A stretch of DNA of 30,415 bases from an archaeon (GCA_038046645.1 JBBSVU010000006.1:138681-169095), one strand, 5' to 3'. Shown: positions 8,967 through 16,974, numbered from the stretch's first letter. Made by a program: numbers and translations. The notes: generated from the letters alone by a model not told the origin.

Positions 8967-11201
8967 ATGTCTAAAGAAATAGTTTTAAGGGTGCAGGATT
9001 CTGATCCCTCACATGTTGGCAGGAATATTATTACCTTAGATTATGAGAATAAACAACAGTTAGGCTTGACTTCTGGCGATATTGTTGAGATTGAAGGCAC
9101 TAAAAAAACAGCAGCAATTGTCTGGCCTGCAAGGTCAGATGACGAAGGTAAGAAATTAATAAGGATGGATAATTTCATAAGGCATAATGCAGGCATCAGC
9201 CTTGGGGACGTAGTAAAGGTAAGGGCTGCTGATCTGAAAGAAGGCAAGGAAATTGTTTTGGCTCCGATTGAGGAGGTAAGGGTAATTGCTTCAGGATATA
9301 ACAGGATTCTCAAAAAAACATTTTTAGGCAGGCCGTTAAATAAAGGCGATTTAGTTTGGGTTTCTGTTTTTGGTTCAGGTTTTATCTATAAAGTAATAGC
9401 TACCAAGCCAGTAGGCATTGTTAGAGTTAGTGAACTTACAGATTTCACGCTTAAGGAACAGCCGGTAAAAGAAGCAGCAAGTGCTTTTGGTGCTATTGCT
9501 TATGAAGATATTGGTGGCTTAAGGGAACAGATTACAAAAGTAAGGGAAATGATAGAATTGCCTATGAGGCATCCTGAACTTTTTAGAAAATTAGGCATTG
9601 TCCCACCCAAAGGGATTTTATTATTTGGTCCGCCAGGCACAGGAAAAACCTTGCTGGCAAAAGCAGTTGCAAATGAAACAAACGCCCATTTTATCAGCAT
9701 AAACGGCCCGGAAATTTTAAGCAAATTTGTTGGGGAAGCAGAGCAAAAATTAAGGCACATATTTAAGGAGGCAAATGAAAATGCCCCAAGCATTATCTTT
9801 ATTGATGAGATTGATGCAATCACGCCAAAAAGGGATGAGGTTGTTGGTGAAGTAGAACGAAGGATTGTCGCTCAACTTCTAGCTTTAATGGATGGCCTTG
9901 AAGCAAGGGGAAATGTAATTGTTATAGCGGCAACAAACAGGGTAAATTCAATTGATGAAGCATTAAGAAGGCCTGGTAGGTTTGACCGTGAGATTGAGTT
10001 TCCAATACCTGATGCAAAAGGCAGGAAGGATGTCCTATTGATTCATACAAGGGGAATGCCGCTTGCAAAGGACATGAAAGAAAAAGAAGGCAAGGATAAA
10101 AATGGAAGTAAAAGTGGCTTGGACCACTTTGCAAGGATTACCCATGGCTTTGTTGGTGCGGATTTAGAAGCATTGACAAAAGAGGCGGCAATGAAAGCAT
10201 TGAGCAGATACATCAACGGCCCAAACGATTCAAAAACCCCACAAATAAATCTTGAAGATGAAACAATTTCAGAAGAAGTCCTTGAATCTTTAGAGGTAAC
10301 AAGGGCAGATTTTGACCAAGCATTGAAAGAAGTGCAGCCTTCTGCTTTAAGGGAAATTACCGTAAGAATCCCAAATGTAAAATGGGATGATGTTGGTGGC
10401 TTAGATAGTGTAAAAAAAGAATTAAAGCAAGCAGTGGAATGGCCGCTTAAAAAACCGCAGGTATTTGAGGAAATGGGGATTAAACCGCCTAAAGGAATAT
10501 TATTGTATGGCCCCTCTGGTTGCGGCAAAACACTGTTGGCAAAAGCTGTTGCAAATGAAAGTGAGGCAAATTTTATGAGCGTTAAAGGGCCTGAATTGCT
10601 AAATATGTTTGTAGGTGAGTCAGAGAAAGCAATCCGAAAAATCTTCAAGAAAGCAAGGCAGGTTGCACCAGTAATTATTTTCTTTGATGAGCTTGATTCT
10701 ATTGCAGGAAGCAGGGGCAATCATTTTGATTCTGGAGTAAGCAACCGTGTTTTAGACCAATTACTTACTGAGCTGGATGGCTTGGAAGTTCTGCAGAATG
10801 TTTTGTTTATTGCTGCCACAAATAGGCCTGACCTGATAGACCAATCATTATTAAGGCCAGGCAGAATTGATAAATTAATCTATATAGGCCCGCCCGATGC
10901 CGCAGGACGGGAAAAAATTTTACGAGTTCATACAGCAAATGTCCCATTAGCAAAGGATGTATCATTAAAAGAGTTGGCTGAAAAAACAGAAGGTTTTTCC
11001 GGAGCAGATTTGGAAGGTTTGGTAAGGGAAGCAACACTGCTTGCAATAGAGGAAAACAATTTGAATAAATCAAATGTTTCACTGAAGCATTTCGAGAAGA
11101 TTTTGTTAAAATTGAATCCAACAGTGAGCGAGCAGACAGAGAATGCTTACGGCGATTTCAAGAAGCATTATAGGGATTTCAAGCCAAGCTATATCGCTTA
11201 A
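8967..11201 (+). CDS. cdc48: CDC48/VCP (VAT) family AAA+ ATPase
   Basis: N-domain plus two AAA modules: GPPGTGKT/IFIDEID/ALRRPGRFDRE and GPSGCGKT/FFDELD/LLRPGRID. Start taken at ATG 8967. Confidence 0.97.
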   Translation: MSKEIVLRVQDSDPSHVGRNIITLDYENKQQLGLTSGDIVEIEGTKKTAAIVWPARSDDEGKKLIRMDNFIRHNAGISLGDVVKVRAADLKEGKEIVLAPIEEVRVIASGYNRILKKTFLGRPLNKGDLVWVSVFGSGFIYKVIATKPVGIVRVSELTDFTLKEQPVKEAASAFGAIAYEDIGGLREQITKVREMIELPMRHPELFRKLGIVPPKGILLFGPPGTGKTLLAKAVANETNAHFISINGPEILSKFVGEAEQKLRHIFKEANENAPSIIFIDEIDAITPKRDEVVGEVERRIVAQLLALMDGLEARGNVIVIAATNRVNSIDEALRRPGRFDREIEFPIPDAKGRKDVLLIHTRGMPLAKDMKEKEGKDKNGSKSGLDHFARITHGFVGADLEALTKEAAMKALSRYINGPNDSKTPQINLEDETISEEVLESLEVTRADFDQALKEVQPSALREITVRIPNVKWDDVGGLDSVKKELKQAVEWPLKKPQVFEEMGIKPPKGILLYGPSGCGKTLLAKAVANESEANFMSVKGPELLNMFVGESEKAIRKIFKKARQVAPVIIFFDELDSIAGSRGNHFDSGVSNRVLDQLLTELDGLEVLQNVLFIAATNRPDLIDQSLLRPGRIDKLIYIGPPDAAGREKILRVHTANVPLAKDVSLKELAEKTEGFSGADLEGLVREATLLAIEENNLNKSNVSLKHFEKILLKLNPTVSEQTENAYGDFKKHYRDFKPSYIA

Positions 11202-11233
11202 GCAATTCTTTTTTTAAGAAATAATTTATCTAA

Positions 11234-11293
11234 TATTAAAAGACATTAATTTTGAAACTTTTTTTTGTATCCATATTTTTGTCCTTTGATATA
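11234..11293. repeat. Degenerate copy of the TAGCAAA-GACA inverted-repeat element
   Basis: TATTAAAAGACA...TGTCCTTTGATA (10/12 IR). Internal GACATTAATTTTG matches the reverse complement of the 13015 copy. Lies between convergent genes. Confidence 0.45.
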
Positions 11294-11305
11294 AACCAAA
11301 AGAAC

Positions 11306-11665
11306 TTACTTTTTCATTACAGTTCCTTTTTCAGTGAATGAAGGTACGCAAACACAATAGAATTCCAAATCCTTGTTGCATTTATTTTCAATACAATGAT
11401 TGCTGTTTTTAGGAATTAGGATAGAATCCCCCTCCATTACCTTTTTCTTTTCGCTATTGAGATGCATTATTCCTTTTCCCTTGGCTATGACATATATCTC
11501 TAAGAACTTGTGCAAATGTTCCATTGTTTTCATTCCTTTTGGCAGGATTGCATACGCTAAACTCACTTCTTTTAATTTGCAGGTTGGAATCCCATATAAT
11601 TCAGTTATGCTGCAGCCGTCAATAGCAGTAAAATATTTGCTTTTTTTCAGGTTTTCAATTCGCAT
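11306..11665 (-). CDS. Cupin domain protein
   Basis: EHLHKFLEIYVIAKGKG and GDSILIPKNSNHCIEN cupin motifs. Start is ATG 11665 or TTG 11686. Confidence 0.9.
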   Translation of the reverse strand: MRIENLKKSKYFTAIDGCSITELYGIPTCKLKEVSLAYAILPKGMKTMEHLHKFLEIYVIAKGKGIMHLNSEKKKVMEGDSILIPKNSNHCIENKCNKDLEFYCVCVPSFTEKGTVMKK

Positions 11666-11712
11666 ATTTATCAAAACAATTAGCAATTATCCCCTTTTAA
11701 CCAAATCCTTTT

Positions 11713-12300
11713 TCAGAAGAACAAAAAATAAGCAAGCAAAGGGAAGAATATCAAAGCCCAAATCCTTACATCCCAAAGCATTACCTTGCTCCCATCTAAT
11801 GGCGGAATTGGTATCATATTGAAGAAAGCCAAAAATAAATTAATCATCATTGCGTAAATAGCAATTGTATAAAGGAAACTGTTGCTGCTCCCAATGATAA
11901 AAACTGCGGTCAACAGTGCAATTATTGCAATAATAATATTCATCACAGGCCCTGCCACCGATATTATTCCATTCTGCTCTCTTGTAATATGCGGGCCATA
12001 AATATAAACAGCACCAGGTGCAGCAAAGACAAATTTTCCAAAAGTAATTATTGGCAAAGCTAACGCCAATAGCAATCCAAAAGTCCATGCCTTATATTCT
12101 GCATGCGCACCATAATGCTTTGCAACCTGCCTATGCCCTAACTCATGCAAGACAAAGCCCGTGCCAACACCAACAAGGCTTATTGGCAAAGCCATAACAA
12201 ATGAAACTAAATTTAAAAGGTTAGGGCTTAGGACAAAAGCAAATGCTATGCTTATTGTTATCCAGCTTATAAACAAATCCTTCTTCTCCTGCGATTTCAT
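11713..12300 (-). CDS. Site-2 protease (peptidase M50) family membrane metalloprotease
   Basis: HELGH zinc motif, AAPGAVYI, ISVAGP and FNMIPIPPLDG. Confidence 0.94.
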   Translation of the reverse strand: MKSQEKKDLFISWITISIAFAFVLSPNLLNLVSFVMALPISLVGVGTGFVLHELGHRQVAKHYGAHAEYKAWTFGLLLALALPIITFGKFVFAAPGAVYIYGPHITREQNGIISVAGPVMNIIIAIIALLTAVFIIGSSNSFLYTIAIYAMMINLFLAFFNMIPIPPLDGSKVMLWDVRIWALIFFPLLAYFLFF

Positions 12301-12378
12301 ATTAACTTATCTTCCTGCACATTGTTTTAAATAACATTTCCTTCAATATTAATTTGCTAAGCTAGGAGGTTGGTTAGA

Positions 12379-12543
12379 ATGGAAAATAAAGCGCAGATAT
12401 CGTTAGAGCTGATTATCTTATTGGCAGCAGTTATAGCCTTAGTGCTCTTGATTGTAACAAGGTTGCAGTCAACAGGCGAATCAGCATCAAAGAAGTTTGA
12501 TACAAAGGTAAAGGAAGTGCTGGATGAAATCGAAGACATATAA
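12379..12543 (+). CDS. Small class III signal peptide (pilin-like) protein, 54 aa; absent from the ORF track
   Basis: MENKA/QISLELIILLAAVIALVLLIV...IEDI*, with Glu at +5; SD GGAGGT at 12365. Confidence 0.88.
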   Translation: MENKAQISLELIILLAAVIALVLLIVTRLQSTGESASKKFDTKVKEVLDEIEDI

Positions 12544-12991
12544 ATCAAATAAAAACAGTTCTTTTGCAAAAGGCCAGCTAAGCCTTGAATACCTGATGTT
12601 GCTTGCAATTTCCTTTTCCATGCTTGCGATATTTATTTCAACCGCGGGCAATTTTTTGGATAAATCAGAAATTTCCTTAGAAAAACAGAAAGCCAAGCAT
12701 TTTTCAGAAACATTTAACCAAGCAATATCTGAATTAACTTTATTTGGTGCAGGCTCAGCTAAGCAGGTTCATTTATACAATAAATTCCCATGGACCATTT
12801 TAATTAATTCACATGAAATTTCAATTAATATTTTGGCAAAAGGGCAAGAAACAATTAATGTTACTGCCAAAATTAGTGAATCTGCAGATATTGAAGAAAC
12901 TGAAATTGTTTGTGTTGGTTGCAGTTTGTTGATTTCAAAAAACAAGGATTATTTTTCAGCCTCAATTATAGCAAATGACAAAAATAATTGA
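12524..12991 (+). CDS. Class III signal peptide (pilin-like) protein
   Basis: AKG/QLSLEYLMLLAISF: prepilin-type cleavage site with Glu at +5. Confidence 0.85.
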   Translation: MKSKTYKSNKNSSFAKGQLSLEYLMLLAISFSMLAIFISTAGNFLDKSEISLEKQKAKHFSETFNQAISELTLFGAGSAKQVHLYNKFPWTILINSHEISINILAKGQETINVTAKISESADIEETEIVCVGCSLLISKNKDYFSASIIANDKNN

Positions 12992-13059
12992 CCAACTCAA
13001 TGTCATTTGCTATCTAGTAAACGATAATATTTGTTCAAAAATTAATGTCGTTTGCTATA
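12967..13059. mobile_element. Two tandem MITE/REP-like inverted-repeat units
   Basis: TA-TAGCAAATGACA-N20-TGTCATTTGCTA-TC-TAGTAAACGATA-N19-TGTCGTTTGCTA-TA. Confidence 0.65.
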
Positions 13060-13434
13060 GTAATAAACAGTAACCGCAATTGCTATTTTTTCATCATCCC
13101 AAAAAAGTTTTGCATCCTCAGTTATTCGCTCATTATTTCCTTTGCAAAATTCTTCATTCACTGCTGTTTCCTTTTGATTTATATAAATAAATCCGCAGTT
13201 TTCTGGAAATAACATCTTGAAATTATTGGCCATCTGATCTATGTTTAAATTTTCAGCCATAAGCCAGTGTTTCAGCAAATCATGCTCTTTCTGCATTATG
13301 TAAAGTTCATCAAGCAGCTTATCCGCCCCATTTGCCGGGGAATAATCCGCAAAAATAAGAATCATTATGGTGAAAAAAGCCGCAAGCAATGCTTCAAATG
13401 AAAAATTAAAGCCCTGCTTATTCACATAAACCAA
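13042..13434 (-). CDS. Pilin-like protein with probable class III signal peptide
   Basis: NKQG/FNFSFEALLAAFFTIMILIF. Confidence 0.7.
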   Translation of the reverse strand: MVYVNKQGFNFSFEALLAAFFTIMILIFADYSPANGADKLLDELYIMQKEHDLLKHWLMAENLNIDQMANNFKMLFPENCGFIYINQKETAVNEEFCKGNNERITEDAKLFWDDEKIAIAVTVYYYSKRH

Positions 13435-13828
13435 CCCTCAAAATTGATACTATATCCTCAAATATGACAAGCCTTTCAACAGCCAGCGCTTTTTTGTTGC
13501 ACTCATTTATTTTGATATTTTTGCCATTCTCTGCAACAATCTCAACCCAATATTTTTTGCCATCATATGGTATTTTTCCAATTTTCACCCGATTCTCAAT
13601 AACCATTTTTTTATCATAATCAAACATAGCTAACCCCTTTCCTTCAGGCAGCTTTGCCAAGGAATCGGCAAGCAGCAAAATTTGGGTCTTTTCATCAAAA
13701 TCATTTAGCATCTTATTTTCTTTTTCAGCCAATCCTTTTATTTCAGAAAACCAGATTGAGGATAACATTAGGAGTAGAATTACGGCGAAACAGGCATCAG
13801 CAGAAAAAAGCAAACCCTTTTCATCCAT
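13418..13828 (-). CDS. Pilin-like protein with probable class III signal peptide
   Basis: MDEKG/LLFSADACFAVILLLML. Confidence 0.7.
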   Translation of the reverse strand: MDEKGLLFSADACFAVILLLMLSSIWFSEIKGLAEKENKMLNDFDEKTQILLLADSLAKLPEGKGLAMFDYDKKMVIENRVKIGKIPYDGKKYWVEIVAENGKNIKINECNKKALAVERLVIFEDIVSILRVGLCE

Positions 13829-14077
13829 TTACCCACCGTTATTTAATTCAAAAAATGTTTTTTCCCTGAGTTTTTCAGAGCAAGATTCATTGGTTTTAAT
13901 TTCGCTTTTTGTAGCATATCCCGAGTTTGCAATCGCTGAACAATAAGATATTTTTGCATTCTTGCCCAAGCCCTCGGGCAAGCCTTCAAGGCCTTTTGTG
14001 ATATTCACGAATAGCAGTATTGCTGCAAGAAATATTGAAAATGAAATGATGAATTCAATGCTAATCTGCCCATTCAT
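13829..14077 (-). CDS. Small class III signal peptide protein
   Basis: Probable start MNG/QISIEFIISFSIFLAAILLF at 14077, with Glu at +5. Confidence 0.75.
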   Translation of the reverse strand: MNGQISIEFIISFSIFLAAILLFVNITKGLEGLPEGLGKNAKISYCSAIANSGYATKSEIKTNESCSEKLREKTFFELNNGG

Positions 14078-14606
14078 ATTCCCATATCCGCAAAGTATAA
14101 TCTGCAGGAATACTGAAAAAAGAAGAAACATTCCCTGCTTTTATTTCGCAGGAAGGTTCGAGATTTTTGAGAATGCCTGCATGCATCGTTACCTCAGCCA
14201 GCTTTGCTTGCCAGAAATTAACCATATTCACACTTAGCAAGCTAGACAATGCTTCTTCAGTAATCTGCTTTTTTTCTTGCCCTATCTTGTCCAAAATATT
14301 GCAAGAAATACCTTCCTCCTTGCTAATTCCATTGAAATAATCCGCCAGGTTTTTTGCAATTTGGAATTTTACTGAAAAAGGATCGTTGTTCCCAAACTGA
14401 AGATTTTCTATCACAGTTTTCCGTATTATCTGCTCAACGTTTATTTCAATTTTTGTTCTTATGAAATCTGTTTTCTCGGCGCGCATTGCCTCTATTGCAG
14501 CTTTTTTTAATAAAGCGGTATCCTGAAATGATTGCTGCATCAAGGAAAAATAACTGCTGCAATATGCAATAACTAAAATTATTGTAAAGAACCCTTTTTT
14601 GTTCAT
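14061..14606 (-). CDS. Pilin-like protein with probable class III signal peptide
   Basis: MNKKG/FFTIILVIAY from ATG 14606; first of four overlapping or abutting genes. Confidence 0.65.
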   Translation of the reverse strand: MNKKGFFTIILVIAYCSSYFSLMQQSFQDTALLKKAAIEAMRAEKTDFIRTKIEINVEQIIRKTVIENLQFGNNDPFSVKFQIAKNLADYFNGISKEEGISCNILDKIGQEKKQITEEALSSLLSVNMVNFWQAKLAEVTMHAGILKNLEPSCEIKAGNVSSFFSIPADYTLRIWEYEWAD

Positions 14607-14691
14607 GGCAACCCTTAACAGCAAGGAATTGTTTGTGAAAAACAGTTAAAAGGTTAGCGTTAAACTTCCAAGTTGCTTTTTTTGCCAATAT

Positions 14692-15024
14692 CTAAATTAT
14701 AAAAAGAACAATAAGCAAAATAAAAGCAATTGTTGCAATTGTTCTGTTGTAATAAGCAACAAGCCCAAATACTGCTGGTGCGAGAATCATAAACGGTGCG
14801 AAATCAGGAAATCTTAATATTGATATTGCCCCGAATACTGCCCCTATTGTGAATAGGAAAAAAAGAAAAGCGATAAAAGTGCTTATCTTTTGCCCAATAT
14901 AATCCTGAATTTTGTTGAAGAGCTGATCTACTGTTTGTGCCCCAGCATTGTTGGAAGCCGCAGGAGCAGCATGTTCTGCATGCCCAGCATCTCCATGGCT
15001 ATCATGTCCATGCGTATCTGACAT
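14692..15024 (-). CDS. Small membrane protein with His-rich N-terminus
   Basis: MSDTHGHDSHGDAGHAEH followed by about 3 TM segments. Confidence 0.8.
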   Translation of the reverse strand: MSDTHGHDSHGDAGHAEHAAPAASNNAGAQTVDQLFNKIQDYIGQKISTFIAFLFFLFTIGAVFGAISILRFPDFAPFMILAPAVFGLVAYYNRTIATIAFILLIVLFII

Positions 15025-15044
15025 AATTTCATATTATTAAGGAA

Positions 15045-15215
15045 CTAATTTAAATGGATTGCTTCCTTCATCTCAAGGATAGTTAATAGTTCAAAGGTAA
15101 GGTTTCTTGAGATTTTGTCCCTGCCCATTATCAGCCTCTCAAATATGAGGTCCTTTCTTGCCCTTAATTCACTAATGCTCATTTCAAGCAAATCAAACTT
15201 ATTGGTCAATTTCAT
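15045..15215 (-). CDS. Hypothetical 56-aa protein; absent from the ORF track
   Basis: MKLTNKFDLLEMSISELRARKDLIFERLIMGRDKISRNLTFELLTILEMKEAIHLN*; SD-like GGTGG and TTTATAAA (15246-15253) upstream. Confidence 0.65.
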   Translation of the reverse strand: MKLTNKFDLLEMSISELRARKDLIFERLIMGRDKISRNLTFELLTILEMKEAIHLN

Positions 15216-15319
15216 TAAACCACCAAGTGATTAATAATTCAGCCCTTTATAAACAAGAGGAGAGAGTAGATTTCCCCTGAACTCCGTCTTTTCTTTTTCT
15301 CTTAGGAAGAGAAAAAAGA

Positions 15320-15427
15320 ACCAAGTAAAATTATTTGAATTTTACTGGTCCAACAAACTTTGTTTGTTGACCCTTTCAAACTGTTGTTTGAAAAGGTCCA
15401 ATAAAATTTTACAGAAATTTTATTTGG
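15320..15427. repeat. Four-hairpin cluster (a double-hairpin element with a second one nested inside)
   Basis: GTAAAATT/AATTTTAC, CAACAAAC/GTTTGTTG, TTTCAAAC/GTTTGAAA and ATAAAATTT/AAATTTTAT; GGTC repeated on both sides of the inner pair. Confidence 0.75.
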
Positions 15428-15434
15428 AAATATA

Positions 15435-15688
15435 GGCTGTCAAAAGAAAAAGAGAAAAGAAAATATGGGTTGCCGAAAGAAAAGAGAAAGAAAAAGTAGG
15501 TTACAACTAAAATCCAAAGGATTTTAGTGTACATTAAAATTCATAAGAATTTTAATTGTATTAAAAGAAAGAAAAGAAAGGCCCCCGGGTTCAAAGAAAA
15601 GAAAACAGATCTGTTGCCAAGAAAAAGAAATTAAACTATTTAGGTAAAGAAAGAGAAACTACAAGTTGCACCAAAAGAAAGAGATACA
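15435..15688 (+). repeat. Degenerate tandem array, consensus ~GGTTGCCAAAGAAAAGAGAAA, about 7 units
   Basis: Terminal GAAA/GATA of the last five units at 15576, 15601, 15627, 15655 and 15683 (25-28 bp period); two more units near 15435 and 15467. Confidence 0.65.
15502..15560. repeat. TA-flanked double-hairpin element A
   Basis: TACA-ACTAAAATCC-AAA-GGATTTTAGT-GTAC-ATTAAAATTC-ATAA-GAATTTTAAT-TGTA. Confidence 0.8.
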
Positions 15689-15717
15689 ATTATATTCATT
15701 TCAATCCTTTTCTTATA

Positions 15718-16845
15718 ATGCCTAATATTTTTTCAAGCAAGCCTTCTGAGAATCAGATATTCAAGGATGAGCGTTATTTATATCCTGAATTCATACCAGA
15801 AAAGCTTTGTTATAGGGATGTACAGTTGGATACGCTTGTAGGAATTCTAAATCCTGTCCTGAGCAACAAAAAAGTCCTGAATATATTTATCCATGGCCCT
15901 ACTGGCAGTGGCAAAACAGTGACTATGCGATTTGTTTTAAAAGAATTGGAGAGCTATTCTGACAGGGTAAAGAGCCTTTATTTAAATTGTTTTGAATTCA
16001 ATACAAGGCATTCAATTCTGTCACAAATTGCCACATTATTAAAGATACCCCTGCCAAGAAGGGGAATAGCAACTGATGAGGTTTATTCTAAAATATTGCA
16101 GCAGATGAAGAAAATAGACTTTACTCCGATAATATTCCTTGATGAATTTGATAGGTTGATTGATGCAAATGAAGCCTCTTCCCTGCTATATGATTTATTG
16201 CGCGGGGATTATGGGATGAAATCCTTTATTCTTGCTCTTATTTCAAACAAGAAAGAAATCATTGCTGAATTGGATGCGAGGGTAAAAAGTTCATTTATGT
16301 ATGAAGAGATAGAATTTCCTGCATATGAACCGCAGCAGATCAAGCAGCTTTTGAAGGAAAGGATTGAATATGCATTTCTGCCAAATGTGGTTGAGCCAGA
16401 TGTGATTGATGTAACTTCAGGCTTTTCTGCAAAGCATAATGGTGATGTAAGATTAGCCATTGAATCCCTGCTTAAGGCCGGAAGAAATGCAGAGAATGAT
16501 AATTCTAAAAAAGTAAAATTGGAACATTTGAGAAAAGCGATTGATTCAATACAGCAAAGGCTTCCCCTGAAACATATTCCCCTGCTTGATGGTAACGAAA
16601 AAGCAATTTTAAAAATTTTAGTTTCAAATGATGGCATTTATTCCGGGAACCTATTTAAATCATACCGTTCTTCAGTTAAAAATCCATTAACCCAGAGGGG
16701 ATTCAGGACAAAGCTAGATTCCTTGGAGAATAAGAATCTGATAAACCTTACGCTCAAAGAAAAAGGGCTAAGGGGAAAAACAAGGCTGGTAACCTTGAAT
16801 ATCCACAGGGATGAGATTGAAAAGCTGGTTAAAGGCGGCAAGTAG
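15718..16845 (+). CDS. cdc6: Orc1/Cdc6 replication initiator
   Basis: LYPEFIPEKLCYRD, GPTGSGKT, LYLNC, IIFLDEFD, FPAYEPQQIKQLLKERI, GDVRLAI and a C-terminal winged helix with GLRGKTR. Confidence 0.95.
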   Translation: MPNIFSSKPSENQIFKDERYLYPEFIPEKLCYRDVQLDTLVGILNPVLSNKKVLNIFIHGPTGSGKTVTMRFVLKELESYSDRVKSLYLNCFEFNTRHSILSQIATLLKIPLPRRGIATDEVYSKILQQMKKIDFTPIIFLDEFDRLIDANEASSLLYDLLRGDYGMKSFILALISNKKEIIAELDARVKSSFMYEEIEFPAYEPQQIKQLLKERIEYAFLPNVVEPDVIDVTSGFSAKHNGDVRLAIESLLKAGRNAENDNSKKVKLEHLRKAIDSIQQRLPLKHIPLLDGNEKAILKILVSNDGIYSGNLFKSYRSSVKNPLTQRGFRTKLDSLENKNLINLTLKEKGLRGKTRLVTLNIHRDEIEKLVKGGK

Positions 16846-16916
16846 GCCATTTTTTTGCATAAAAAGGATTTTATAGTATAACAGACTTAAATATAAAAAT
16901 AAATGCGGTCCTTTAC

Positions 16917-16972
16917 TACAACTTAAAGCATTGCTTTGAGTGTACAATTAAATCCAAAGGATTTAATTTGTA
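16917..16972. repeat. TA-flanked double-hairpin element B
   Basis: TACA-ACTTAAAGC-ATT-GCTTTGAGT-GTAC-AATTAAATCC-AAA-GGATTTAATT-TGTA; same architecture as element A. Confidence 0.8.
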
Positions 16973-16974
16973 TC

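Larger units (their letters stand above)
15260..15717. other. Probable replication origin region upstream of cdc6
   Basis: Largest intergenic region (~500 bp), adjacent to orc1/cdc6 and AT-rich. Contains an ORB-like GTTCAGGGGAAAT (minus strand, 15282-15270) and periodic purine-rich repeats. Confidence 0.6.

Noticed and set aside
10043..10720. Long antisense ORFs (225 aa here; also 6022-6633, 17865-18374, 21601-22221, 22990-23508)
   Set aside because: They lie opposite well-supported genes, show no motifs, and their Ser/Phe/Leu-rich composition is typical of antisense frames.
15435..15688. Periodic repeats as a CRISPR array
   Set aside because: Units are degenerate and low-complexity, the ~27-bp period is too short for repeat plus spacer, and there are no cas genes.
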